Of a stretch of 64,000 nt of DNA, positions 9,986 through 19,262 are shown piece by piece. Under the pieces are notes generated by a model, which saw nothing but the letters and a program-made list of their open reading frames with translations, was not told the origin of the DNA and searched no databases. The DNA is from an uncultured Spirochaetota bacterium. Lineage in GTDB: Bacteria > Spirochaetota > Brevinematia > Brevinematales > JAOACQ01. The stretch is taken from the NCBI GenBank assembly GCA_963835575.1, contig CAWIGG010000002.1, positions 768,001 to 832,000 on the forward strand, written 5' to 3'. A program made the translations under genes and the position numbers. The first letter of the stretch is position 1; every line of letters begins with the position of its first letter.

Positions 9986-10198
9986 AAAATCTTCCTCCAA
10001 CTACAGAGATAAATTACCTGGGATATTCTATACGACAGTCTAATATTTTGCAAAAAAGAGGGAAATAACTTAAAAAGGAAGTGATTATTCAGCCCTAAAA
10101 ATAATTCATTGCCGGCTTCTGTGTCCGGCGCCTGTTCTAAGCGACCATGAGTGCAGCCGGATGGAAGTCAAAGGCTGTTTCCATGACAATCTTAAATT

Positions 10199-11164
10199 CT
10201 ACTCAATAGTATTGAATTTTCCCAGCTTCCGGAAGCGTTCGTAGCGTTTCTGGACAAGCTTCGGAATGGAAATCTTCTTGATCTCTAGATAATGCCTGAG
10301 GACGGCTTCTTTGGTATTCCGGAATGTTTCTTCATAATTCCGGTGGGCTCCGCCCTTTGGTTCTTTGATGATTTCTTCAATTACGCCGAACCCGTAAAGG
10401 TCTTTAGCGGTAAATTTCAAAGCCTTCGCGGCCATTTCCATTTTTGAGGCGTCTCTGTAAAGAATGGAAGCGCAGCCTTCAGGCGATATGACGGAGTAGA
10501 ACGCGTTTTCCAGCATTAAAACCCTGTCTGATACCGCTATGGCCAGCGCGCCGCCGCTTCCGCCCTCTCCGATGACTGTTGTAATAATAGGTGTCTTAAG
10601 GGCGGACATTTCGAAAAGGTTCTTCGCGACAGCCTCTCCCTGTCCGCGCTCTTCGCTTTCGATGCCGGGGAAAGCGCCCTGTGTATCGACGAATGTCAGG
10701 ACAGGCAGATGGAATTTTTCGGCGATCTTCATTGCCCTTAAGGCTTTGCGATAGCCTTCAGGATTGGGCGATCCGAAATTGCGGTAAATTTTCTGCTTTG
10801 TATCTTTACCTTTTTCCTGGCCGATGACCATGAATTTTTCGCTGCCGATCCTGGCGAATCCCGCAACAATAGCCGGATCGTCGCGGAAAAGCCTGTCGCC
10901 ATGGATTTCCAGAAAGTCCTCGAAAATCCCGTTCAGATAATCAAGAAATAAAGGTCTTTTGGGATGGCGGGCTACCTGCACAACCTGCCACGCCGTCAGG
11001 TTTTTATAGATAGTATCCATAATATAATTCCTCTGTTTTTCCAATTCGGTTATTTCGATCGAAAAATCCAGCCCTTTTTCTATATTTGTGGTTTTTTTTA
11101 AATCATCAATGTTATTATCAATTTCCTGTATCGGTCCTTCAAATTCAAGATAATGATCAGCCAT
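10199..11164 (-). CDS. accA: Acetyl-CoA carboxylase carboxyltransferase alpha subunit
   Basis: ARHPKRP, HGDR.F.DD.AIV.G, GYRKALR.M, IGEGGSGGALAI, YSVISPEGCASIL. Confidence 0.97.
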   Translation of the reverse strand: MADHYLEFEGPIQEIDNNIDDLKKTTNIEKGLDFSIEITELEKQRNYIMDTIYKNLTAWQVVQVARHPKRPLFLDYLNGIFEDFLEIHGDRLFRDDPAIVAGFARIGSEKFMVIGQEKGKDTKQKIYRNFGSPNPEGYRKALRAMKIAEKFHLPVLTFVDTQGAFPGIESEERGQGEAVAKNLFEMSALKTPIITTVIGEGGSGGALAIAVSDRVLMLENAFYSVISPEGCASILYRDASKMEMAAKALKFTAKDLYGFGVIEEIIKEPKGGAHRNYEETFRNTKEAVLRHYLEIKKISIPKLVQKRYERFRKLGKFNTIE

Positions 11165-11240
11165 TTTCCTTCCTCTATTTTTTTATGTTATGCCTATAAA
11201 TGCGATTCCCACCGGCTTGCGCCGGTGGGAATATTATTTT

Positions 11241-13346
11241 CTAAGTATTTTTACGCTCTTCTTCCTCTTTCTTCATCTCTTCAGCCTGTTTTTTCGCTTT
11301 TTCATATTCGTTCTGGGGGAGGGGTTCATAATGGTCGATTTCCATTTCAAAGCGGCCCCTGCCGCTCGTCAGGCTGTTCAGCACGGGCGAATAGGAAAGC
11401 ATTTCGCTGTAAGGAGCGGTCGCGTTTATAACGGTCACATCCTCGGAAATTTTGTCCATGCCGATCACCTTGCCGCGCTTTGTGCCCAGGTCGCCCATGA
11501 CATTTCCGATGTCGTTTTCATCGATGTAAATCCTTACTTTCGCAATCGGCTCAAGTATGACGGGCTTGGCAGCTTCGATGGCAATTTTCGTCGCGTGCAG
11601 ACCGGCGATGCGGAAAGCCATATCCGACGAATCGACTTCATGGAAAGAGCCGTCGTAAACGGTCACTTTGAAATCGACAATGGGATAACCGGCTATCACG
11701 CCGTTGTCGCATGCTTCCATGGCGCCCTTTTCAATTGCCGGTATATAGTTTTTAGGGATTGAACCCCCGAAAATATCTTCCTCAAACAGAAACCCGGCGT
11801 TTCTGGGCTGGGGCTCTATTCGGATATAAACCTCGCCGTACTGGCCGTGGCCGCCGCTCTGCTTTTTGTGCTTGTATTGGGCTTCGGCCTTCGCTGAAAT
11901 TGTTTCTTTATAAGAAACGCGGGGCGTGCGCGTATCGAAAGCAAGCTTATGCTTATGCTTGATGTTGTCGAACAGGATCCTGGCCTGGATTTCACCCATG
12001 CAGGATACGACCATTTCCTTTGTGATATCGTTATAACCGTATTTAAAAGTGGAATCCTCCTGAGCGATGACATGGAAAACAGACGCCAGCTTGTCCTCCG
12101 ACTTCCTGTCCGTGGAATGAATAGCCACGAAATAGGATGGATTGGGCAGCCGGATGGGCTCATAAACGAGGGGTTTGGCAATATCCGCCACCGTATTGCC
12201 GGTATCCAGGGACTCAATTTTTGTAAGAACGGCTATATCGCCCGCTTCGAGGGTCTGGATTTCCTTGACGGTCTTTCCATTGATCATATAAAGGTGGGGG
12301 ATTTTTTCCTTATGGTTTTTATTGACATTAAGGATTTCATCGCCGGTGCTCAGTACTCCTGAACGGATCCTGCAGAAGGAAATCCTGCCGATAAACGGGT
12401 CTATCCTGGTTTTGAATATAAATCCGCTGAAAGGTTCCTTGGGATCGGGATGCCTCTTAACGGTCTGTTCAGCATGCAGCGGGTCCTGGGCTATGACCTC
12501 GCCGATGTAGAGAGGCGAAGGCAGGTAAGACAGGATTGTGTCAAGCAATACAGTTGTTCCGATATTATTGACGGCTGAACCGCAGAGAATGGGGATGACT
12601 TTATTGTTCAGAGTGCAGGATTTAACGCCGTTCTCGACTTCTTCGGCGGTCAGCTCCTGCCCGTTAAGGAATTTCTCGATCAGGGCGTCATCGGTTTCCG
12701 CTACGGCGTCAAACAGTTTTTCTCTATATTCTTTTACTTTATCCTTCATATCTGCGGGGATTTCCCCTTCTTTTATTCCGGTTTTATCGGGATAATAAGC
12801 CTTCATATGCACAAGGTCAACCGTGCCTTTAAAATCCTTGCCTTTACCTATGGGAAGCTCTATCGGAATGACAGGCTTTTTGAATTTTTTGCCCAAATTT
12901 TCGGCAACGGAATAAAAATCCGCGGCCTCATCGTCCATTTTATTAATGAAAACGACCCGGGCGATTTTATAATCGTCGGCGAAATGCCAGTCTTTTTCCG
13001 TATCGATCGTAATGCCTTCAGCGGCGCTGACGACAAAAACTATTCCTTCCGTCACGCGGAAGGCGCTTCTGACTTCGGCAACCAGGTCCGGTATGCCGGG
13101 GGTGTCGATAATATTGATTTTAATTTCTTTCCATTCTACAAAAGCGAGAGAACTGCGGAGGGACATTTTTTTCGCGATTTCTTCTTCATCAAAATCCATC
13201 ACGGTTGTGCCTTTGTCCACACTGCCCATCTGGGTGATCTGTCCGGCAGTATAGAGGAGGGCTTCGGCCAATGTGGTTTTACCCACGTTGGGGGCGCCGG
13301 AAATACTGATATTTCTGATAAATTTGGGATCATATATTTTCCCCAT
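11241..13346 (-). CDS. fusA: Elongation factor G paralogue (EF-G2/EF-G II-like)
   Basis: GKTT, DTPG, NKMD, HKKQSGGHGQYG, DGSFHEVDSS. G1, effector and G3 motifs are divergent. Start at 13346 after GGGAGGAG. Confidence 0.9.
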   Translation of the reverse strand: MGKIYDPKFIRNISISGAPNVGKTTLAEALLYTAGQITQMGSVDKGTTVMDFDEEEIAKKMSLRSSLAFVEWKEIKINIIDTPGIPDLVAEVRSAFRVTEGIVFVVSAAEGITIDTEKDWHFADDYKIARVVFINKMDDEAADFYSVAENLGKKFKKPVIPIELPIGKGKDFKGTVDLVHMKAYYPDKTGIKEGEIPADMKDKVKEYREKLFDAVAETDDALIEKFLNGQELTAEEVENGVKSCTLNNKVIPILCGSAVNNIGTTVLLDTILSYLPSPLYIGEVIAQDPLHAEQTVKRHPDPKEPFSGFIFKTRIDPFIGRISFCRIRSGVLSTGDEILNVNKNHKEKIPHLYMINGKTVKEIQTLEAGDIAVLTKIESLDTGNTVADIAKPLVYEPIRLPNPSYFVAIHSTDRKSEDKLASVFHVIAQEDSTFKYGYNDITKEMVVSCMGEIQARILFDNIKHKHKLAFDTRTPRVSYKETISAKAEAQYKHKKQSGGHGQYGEVYIRIEPQPRNAGFLFEEDIFGGSIPKNYIPAIEKGAMEACDNGVIAGYPIVDFKVTVYDGSFHEVDSSDMAFRIAGLHATKIAIEAAKPVILEPIAKVRIYIDENDIGNVMGDLGTKRGKVIGMDKISEDVTVINATAPYSEMLSYSPVLNSLTSGRGRFEMEIDHYEPLPQNEYEKAKKQAEEMKKEEEERKNT

Positions 13347-13540
13347 AAACTCCTCCCGTATTTTTTTCAAATATCATAACATTTTTTTCGCTTTTATGAA
13401 AATTTTTTAAAAGGAAAAATAAAAAAATCCTATCCGGGTTTTAAGCTTATAGATAAAAAGTCCGGCACAGGCTGGAATTATGAGCCGCATAATATTGAGA
13501 ATAAAGTTAATGATCTATCATCCTGTTCGGTCCCGGCCGT

Positions 13541-14146
13541 CTATCTGGCTCCTTTTTTCTTACTGATGAGCTGGACAATATCTGTCAGCCGTTCAATATA
13601 TTCTTTTTTAATGTTCTCAAAATCATCCGGGTCGCTGTAATCAATTCTTTCTTTTATCGTAACAAAATTAATGATAAGGTTTATGCAGAGCATTTTATCG
13701 GTGATTGAAATATCGCCGAATTCGAAGGAATTGGCCTGCATGGTCGCTTCGATCTTATCCCAGATCGGATTGATGAAATTAATGATATCGATCTTTGTTT
13801 TGGGAGTTTCAAGAAGGGTTTCGACCAAAAGTATTTTAATGATATTGGTGTTTGTATCAATATAATTCACCGCGATCGCCAGCATATCCCGGATGATGCT
13901 GCGGTAATTATTGCTGGGTTTTACTTCAATCGAACTGAGCAGGGAATCGATTTTACTGATATGCTTCTGGAGCAGGCTGATAAAGAGGCCTTCCTTGCTG
14001 GAATAATAATAATAAATCATTGCCTTGTTGATTTCTGCTTTTTTAGCGATTTCATCGATCGAGACGCCGTCATAGCCTTTTTCCGCGAAAAGGATCTCGG
14101 CAGTGTTCATGATTTTTATTTTGATATCCTGTTTATCGATACTCAT
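13541..14146 (-). CDS. TetR/AcrR family transcriptional regulator
   Basis: LFAEKGYDGVSIDEIAKKAEINKAMIYYYYSSKEGL helix-turn-helix. Confidence 0.93.
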   Translation of the reverse strand: MSIDKQDIKIKIMNTAEILFAEKGYDGVSIDEIAKKAEINKAMIYYYYSSKEGLFISLLQKHISKIDSLLSSIEVKPSNNYRSIIRDMLAIAVNYIDTNTNIIKILLVETLLETPKTKIDIINFINPIWDKIEATMQANSFEFGDISITDKMLCINLIINFVTIKERIDYSDPDDFENIKKEYIERLTDIVQLISKKKGAR

Positions 14147-14269
14147 TAACGGCTCCTTAAATTAATAAGACGCCCGGCCGGAATAATATCAATGTTAATA
14201 CTCACATAATAACGTTCAAAAGTCAAGAAAGAAGTCGGGGAATCTATAAACTGTTGACTGCCGGCTGTA

Positions 14270-14716
14270 TTATTCGGTTTCGAGAAGCTCAAAGCCGGTA
14301 TGTCCGTCGATTTTTCTGACCGCGGCCGTATTGATCAGCTCTATGATGATAACCTCGCCGATATGCCAGACGGACACACCCTGCCTGGTACATCCTGTAA
14401 CCGTTTCAGACTGCCTTCCGAAAGAGGCGTGAAGATGGAGTTTTGGAATGCCGGATTCATTCAAAAACAGAGTGCCGACGCCGGCCGCTTCGCTTGCTCC
14501 TTTAAGTTTTGTCACAGTCGGCTTCGGCTTTTCAGCTTTCCCGTCCTCCGGGCCCGTGACGATTTTGCTTCCTTCATCCGCTCCGCCCAGAAAAAGCACA
14601 GCTGCCGAACGGATTTTATGCGTTTTCGCGAAGTCCTCTATGACATCCGGGATCCTGTCATGGTGCTCCAGCCGCAGAATGAATGTACGGCCCAAACCGG
14701 CCTCTGTGTATTTCAT
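14270..14716 (-). CDS. PPC domain (DUF296) protein
   Basis: GRTFILRL, GVGTL, PKLHLHASFGR, GEVII motifs. Confidence 0.85.
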   Translation of the reverse strand: MKYTEAGLGRTFILRLEHHDRIPDVIEDFAKTHKIRSAAVLFLGGADEGSKIVTGPEDGKAEKPKPTVTKLKGASEAAGVGTLFLNESGIPKLHLHASFGRQSETVTGCTRQGVSVWHIGEVIIIELINTAAVRKIDGHTGFELLETE

Positions 14717-14950
14717 AAGACCCGCCTTTATTATTTCGAATATTTTAGCATATTATACTCTATGATACAAAATAAATGATTCAAGGTTCCCAAAAAAATG
14801 TTTGCTGATCTGTCTGAAATATTCTGCTACGGAATTACACAGAATCACACTGAATTTAAATATTTTTTGTATGAAAACGGTTCTACTTATTTAAAATGCA
14901 TTAAATGTTTATTTCCGTGAACTTCTGTGAAATTCTGGCTAAATAGCGAT

Positions 14951-14987
14951 AAAAAAAACCTGCCCCTTTTAAAAGAAGCAGGTTTTT
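14951..14987 (-). terminator. Intrinsic terminator after the tRNA-Val pair
   Basis: AAAAACCTGC...GCAGGTTTTT hairpin with a T-run on the minus strand. Confidence 0.7.
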
Positions 14988-14995
14988 GATCATTT

Positions 14996-15070
14996 TGGGC
15001 GGTACTGGGATCGAACCAGTGACCCCCTGCTTGTCGAGCAGATACTCTAAACCAACTGAGCTAACCGCCC
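14996..15070 (-). tRNA. tRNA-Val(GAC)
   Basis: Reverse complement GGGCGGTTAGCTCAGTTGGTTTAGAGTATCTGC-TCGACAA-GCAGGGGGTCACTGGTTCGATCCCAGTACCGCCCA folds as a cloverleaf; CCA not encoded. Confidence 0.93.
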
Positions 15071-15128
15071 TGATCTTTATCCCGTACGGCCGGGCATATT
15101 TCACAAAAGCCGTATAAAATTCTTTACA

Positions 15129-15202
15129 TGGTCGATGCCGGGCTCGAACCAGCGACCTCATGCATGTGAGGCATGCGCTCTAACCAGCTGAGCTAATCGA
15201 CC
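15129..15202 (-). tRNA. tRNA-Val(CAC)
   Basis: Reverse complement GGTCGATTAGCTCAGCTGGTTAGAGCGCATGC-CTCACAT-GCATGAGGTCGCTGGTTCGAGCCCGGCATCGACCA. Confidence 0.95.
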
Positions 15203-15514
15203 AATTAATTGATGCTCAATTAAAAGCTCAATATTATATAATAGGCTTAAGATTTTATCAAAAAAAGTGAAAATTGAATGATTCTTTATCCTGAATAGAA
15301 CATCTTGATTAATCCTTTTTCTATTTCTATTTTCAAATATATTTGAAAATACAACAGCCTATTAATAAACTTTTGTTAGAAAGAACCGCTTAATTCAGGT
15401 TATTATTTTACCCGAAATCGTATTTTTTTTGCATTCTTCATGATTATATTGTAAAATTACCGGTTAATAGTTTGGCCGATCAAATAAAATAATATATAAA
15501 AATAGGGAGGTAGT

Positions 15515-16141
15515 TTGATGAAAAAGAGAATTTTAGTTTTGTTAACCGCAGCGGTTTTTATGACGTTTGCAACAGGGGCTTTTGCGGCGAAGAAGGCAGA
15601 TACTACTGCATCAACTGAAACCGGTTCGATTAAAGTTTACGACTCCGGAATGATGGCGGCCCAGCTGGGCATTGGTTTTGGGGTTCCCGGTACGGTGGGT
15701 GATATGACATTTCCACCTTTAGTAGCCAGTTTTGAATATGATTACAGGTTCGCGCCGAAAGTGCCTCTGTCATTTGGTGTTACTATAGGTTATTCGGCTT
15801 ATGAGTATAAATATGATTTATCATCTTATGAATGGAAATATGATTACAGTTATCTTTTAATCGGGGCACGCTGTTCCTACCATTTTATTGATCTGTTCAA
15901 TCTACCGAATGCTGATATTTATGCCGGTGTTTTGCTTGGATTTACGGTAGTATCATTTAATGTAACAGTGCCTTCCGGTCTGCCTTCCAGTATTTCGTCA
16001 GCTTATACCGAATCGCCCAGTTTTTTCGACTTCGGGGTTTACGCGGGGATACGCTACTACTTTACACCGATGATCGGCGTCTATGCTGAAGTCGGTTATT
16101 CCTTCGGTTATATCAACGCCGGTGTAGTGTTTAAATTCTAA
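15515..16141 (+). CDS. Outer-membrane beta-barrel protein
   Basis: Signal peptide, alternating aromatic-rich beta strands, C-terminal ...GVVFKF. Confidence 0.75.
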   Translation: MMKKRILVLLTAAVFMTFATGAFAAKKADTTASTETGSIKVYDSGMMAAQLGIGFGVPGTVGDMTFPPLVASFEYDYRFAPKVPLSFGVTIGYSAYEYKYDLSSYEWKYDYSYLLIGARCSYHFIDLFNLPNADIYAGVLLGFTVVSFNVTVPSGLPSSISSAYTESPSFFDFGVYAGIRYYFTPMIGVYAEVGYSFGYINAGVVFKF

Positions 16142-16157
16142 TTATCAAAAAAAAAAT

Positions 16158-16192
16158 AAGAGGGTGCTTTAAAAGGCACCCTCTTTTTTTTT
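16158..16192 (+). terminator. Intrinsic terminator
   Basis: AAGAGGGTGC-TTTAAAAG-GCACCCTCTT followed by a T-run. Confidence 0.85.
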
Positions 16193-16330
16193 AGCAGGAT
16201 GTCAAAAATCCTGCCGGATAGATTAAAATGAGCGTGGTTTTTGGAACCGCCCTTCAATTTTAGTTTCAATAATTTGAATTAATATTACAGATGATTTATA
16301 GTATTAGAAATAAATAATGAGGCCGGCGGA

Positions 16331-17215
16331 ATGATCGTAAAATTGAACGGTGAAGTCCTGGATGTCACTCTTGAGAATGAGAAAACAGCCCTTGATGTCG
16401 TTGATTCTTTGAGCAGGGAATTGAATAAAAAAGAGATCATCATGACTTCTATTTCCATCAATAACACTCAATATAATGTTGAAGATAAAAAAATGAAAGA
16501 TATTAAGATCAGCCAGATTGATGAAATAAATATTGAGGCCTCAACCAAGGACGAACTGGTCGGCAGCCTTCTTGAGGAATGCAGAAAGGTCCTGATGAAT
16601 ATCGCATCGGATATAAAGAAAAATGAATTTGCCCATGTAAAGGAATTTAACGAGCTGTTTTTATGGATCAAAGAGACAATTGAGACCATTAACCGGCTTT
16701 CTCTTTTTAATCTGGTGGAAGTAAAACTGCTCATTTCCACTATTGATCAGCTGACTGCCTATCTTAACAGCAAGGAAAAGGATGACAGCAAAATCGGCTC
16801 CATTATCAGTATTTTAGAGAGCCTGATTAAATATATCGATGCGATCCATTTAAAGATTTCGACAAATTTCTCGATCACAAGCGGCGAGTTGATGGACGCG
16901 ATCCAGGAAAGCATTCTGATCCTGCCTGAGATTTCCGAGGCTTTCCAGGTCGGGCATGACAAGGACGCTTATGACAAAATTAATAAAATCATCAGTATTC
17001 TGGAGATATGCTGCATTTATTTAAGGAAGAATATTTCGTCTTTTTCAGCGGATGAGAAAGATGAAATCGAAGGTTTGTACGAGGAAATCAATTCGTTGTT
17101 GACCCAGATTGTTGAAGCCTTTGAGAACGGCGACGCTGTATTATTGGGCGATTTGCTGGAATATGAACTTCCTGAAAAACTAGAGAATTATAAAAGGATT
17201 ATATTGAAAGGATAA
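16331..17215 (+). CDS. Hypothetical helical protein, first gene of the chemotaxis operon
   Basis: 294-aa ORF ending 3 nt before cheR; C-terminal AFENGD..LLGDLLEYEL segment. Function not recognised. Confidence 0.7.
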   Translation: MIVKLNGEVLDVTLENEKTALDVVDSLSRELNKKEIIMTSISINNTQYNVEDKKMKDIKISQIDEINIEASTKDELVGSLLEECRKVLMNIASDIKKNEFAHVKEFNELFLWIKETIETINRLSLFNLVEVKLLISTIDQLTAYLNSKEKDDSKIGSIISILESLIKYIDAIHLKISTNFSITSGELMDAIQESILILPEISEAFQVGHDKDAYDKINKIISILEICCIYLRKNISSFSADEKDEIEGLYEEINSLLTQIVEAFENGDAVLLGDLLEYELPEKLENYKRIILKG

Positions 17216-17218
17216 ACA

Positions 17219-18049
17219 ATGTGGCCTGAACCTTTACTGCCGGGCGATCCTGCTATAAAATTTATAGCTGATCTTGTTTATGAAAATTGCGGAATTGTTT
17301 TCAAGGATTCAAATCTAAGCGTTTTAATCAGCAGGCTCACGACAAAATTAAAAGAAAAGGAAGTAGATTCCCGCCGTTATCTTGCCCTTCTCAAAGAAGA
17401 TAAAAATGAACTCGCTTCTTTTATCGATTTTGTAACGACAAATTTCACCAGCTTTTTCAGGAACCCCAGGCATTTTGAGATATTAAGCGAAGTGGTCCTG
17501 CCTGAATTGGAAAAAAGAAACTCGTCGTCGAGGTCGATAAAAATCTGGAGCGCGGGCTGCGCTACGGGCGAAGAGCCTTATTCAATCATGATGGTTGTCT
17601 ATCATTATTTTAATAGACATAATCTTTTTGCTTCCGGGTGGAATTTCTCGGTCATCGCTTCCGATATCAGCCTGGAAAGCCTTTTTACAGCAAAGGAAGC
17701 GAAGTTTCCTGAACGCAGCGTTCAGAAAATTGAAAAACCCTACCTGGATAAATATTTTATGGAGATTGATAATTCATTTCTGGTTAAAGAAGAGTATAAA
17801 AAATGGGTAAAATTCGATTATCATAATCTGATTTATGATAACGGCATCCGGGATATCGATATAACATTCTGCAGGAACGTATTGATCTATTTCGATGAAG
17901 ACGTGCAGAAAAAGGTCATGTCCAATATTTACCTTTCAATGAAGGAAGACGGCTTTCTTTTCCTGGGCCATTCGGAAAGCCTGATAGGGTTGTTCGAAGG
18001 TTATAAACCCTTCTCAACTGAAAAGGGTATTATATATGTTAAGCAATAA
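17219..18049 (+). CDS. cheR: Chemotaxis protein-glutamate methyltransferase
   Basis: TTNFTSFFRN, IWSAGCATGEEPYS, FCRNVLIYFD, LFLGHSE. Confidence 0.96.
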   Translation: MWPEPLLPGDPAIKFIADLVYENCGIVFKDSNLSVLISRLTTKLKEKEVDSRRYLALLKEDKNELASFIDFVTTNFTSFFRNPRHFEILSEVVLPELEKRNSSSRSIKIWSAGCATGEEPYSIMMVVYHYFNRHNLFASGWNFSVIASDISLESLFTAKEAKFPERSVQKIEKPYLDKYFMEIDNSFLVKEEYKKWVKFDYHNLIYDNGIRDIDITFCRNVLIYFDEDVQKKVMSNIYLSMKEDGFLFLGHSESLIGLFEGYKPFSTEKGIIYVKQ

Positions 18050-19163
18050 TAAAATAAAAGTCCTTATTGTTGACGATTCCGTCCTGGTCAGAAAATATGT
18101 GTCCCAGATTTTATCGGAACTGGATAATATTGAGATTGTCGGCCTGGCGTCCAACGGGCAGATCGCGCTTCAAAAAATATATCTTTATAAACCGGATGTG
18201 GTCATTCTGGATATTGAGATGCCTGAAATGACCGGTCTGGAATTATTGAAACATGTAAAAGAGAAAAGCGATAATACAGGCGGGATCTTTTTTATTATGT
18301 TCAGTTCTCTTCTGGAAGAAGGGTCTTCAATTATATTTGAGGCTTTATCCTACGGAGCCGCTGATTTTATAAAAAAGCCCGTTGGTCCTATTTCCGGTAA
18401 TCTGGAATATTTAAAAAGAGAATTTGATTTAAAGATAAAAGGGCTCTATCAGGGCAAAAGAGAGATGAAATCCTGGCATACCTTTGAACATGAAGTGATC
18501 AAAAAAGATTTAAAACATGAAACGCCGGATGATGTTGTGGAAGGCCTTGAAAAACTGGAGGATGTTTTCAAAAAAAAAGAAATAAAACCGGAATTAATCG
18601 CCATCGGCTCATCAACCGGCGGTCCTGTCGCCGTGAGGAGCATCCTGGATAATCTCCTGGAGCTTCCTGTACCACTTGTAATAGCTCAGCATATGCCGGC
18701 GGGATTTACCACGGAATTCGCAAAAAACCTGAAAAGTATTTACCATCGTGAAGTTGCAGAGCTGTCTGACGGCGCCATTCTGGAGAAGGGGATTGTTTAT
18801 ATATGTCCCGGCGGCTTTCATTCCAGGATAAATAAAGCCGATGGAAATTTGATTTATCAGTCAGATGCAAATAATTACGAAGGTATTTTCTTTAAACCGT
18901 CCTTAGATATCTTTTTTCATTCGCTTATGGAATCTGTCGGGAAAAACATGGCGGGGATAGTCCTCAGCGGAATGGGCAAGGACGGTTCTCATGAATCGGT
19001 CCATTTAAGAAAAATGGGGGCGCTCATGATAGCCCAGGACCAGGAAAGCTCTGTGATCTGGGGGATGCCCGGCAATTCAGTTAAAAGCGGGGGCATAGAT
19101 ATCATTATTAATATTAAAGATATCGGTGAAGCCATCAATTTAATAGCGGGAAAAAGCCGATAA
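18036..19163 (+). CDS. cheB: Chemotaxis response regulator methylesterase
   Basis: Receiver domain plus GSSTGGP, QHMP.GFT and GMGKDG catalytic motifs. Confidence 0.96.
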   Translation: MLSNNKIKVLIVDDSVLVRKYVSQILSELDNIEIVGLASNGQIALQKIYLYKPDVVILDIEMPEMTGLELLKHVKEKSDNTGGIFFIMFSSLLEEGSSIIFEALSYGAADFIKKPVGPISGNLEYLKREFDLKIKGLYQGKREMKSWHTFEHEVIKKDLKHETPDDVVEGLEKLEDVFKKKEIKPELIAIGSSTGGPVAVRSILDNLLELPVPLVIAQHMPAGFTTEFAKNLKSIYHREVAELSDGAILEKGIVYICPGGFHSRINKADGNLIYQSDANNYEGIFFKPSLDIFFHSLMESVGKNMAGIVLSGMGKDGSHESVHLRKMGALMIAQDQESSVIWGMPGNSVKSGGIDIIINIKDIGEAINLIAGKSR

Positions 19164-19262
19164 AAATAGCATTGGAAAGCCATAGAATAAGAAAGAATGT
19201 TGATATAAATGCACTTTTGAAATATACTTAATTGCAGTGTCAGTCAAAAAAAGGGAGGCGAG

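Noticed and set aside
10105..10190. GC-rich patch between accA and the PPIase gene as a riboswitch or sRNA
   Set aside because: Only a short GCCGG...CCGGC stem; no recognisable aptamer consensus.
11153..13379. Long plus-strand ORFs (up to 190 aa) opposite the EF-G gene
   Set aside because: Antisense shadows of a conserved gene; no motifs.
14901..15161. 86-aa ORF
   Set aside because: Overlaps the two tRNA-Val genes.
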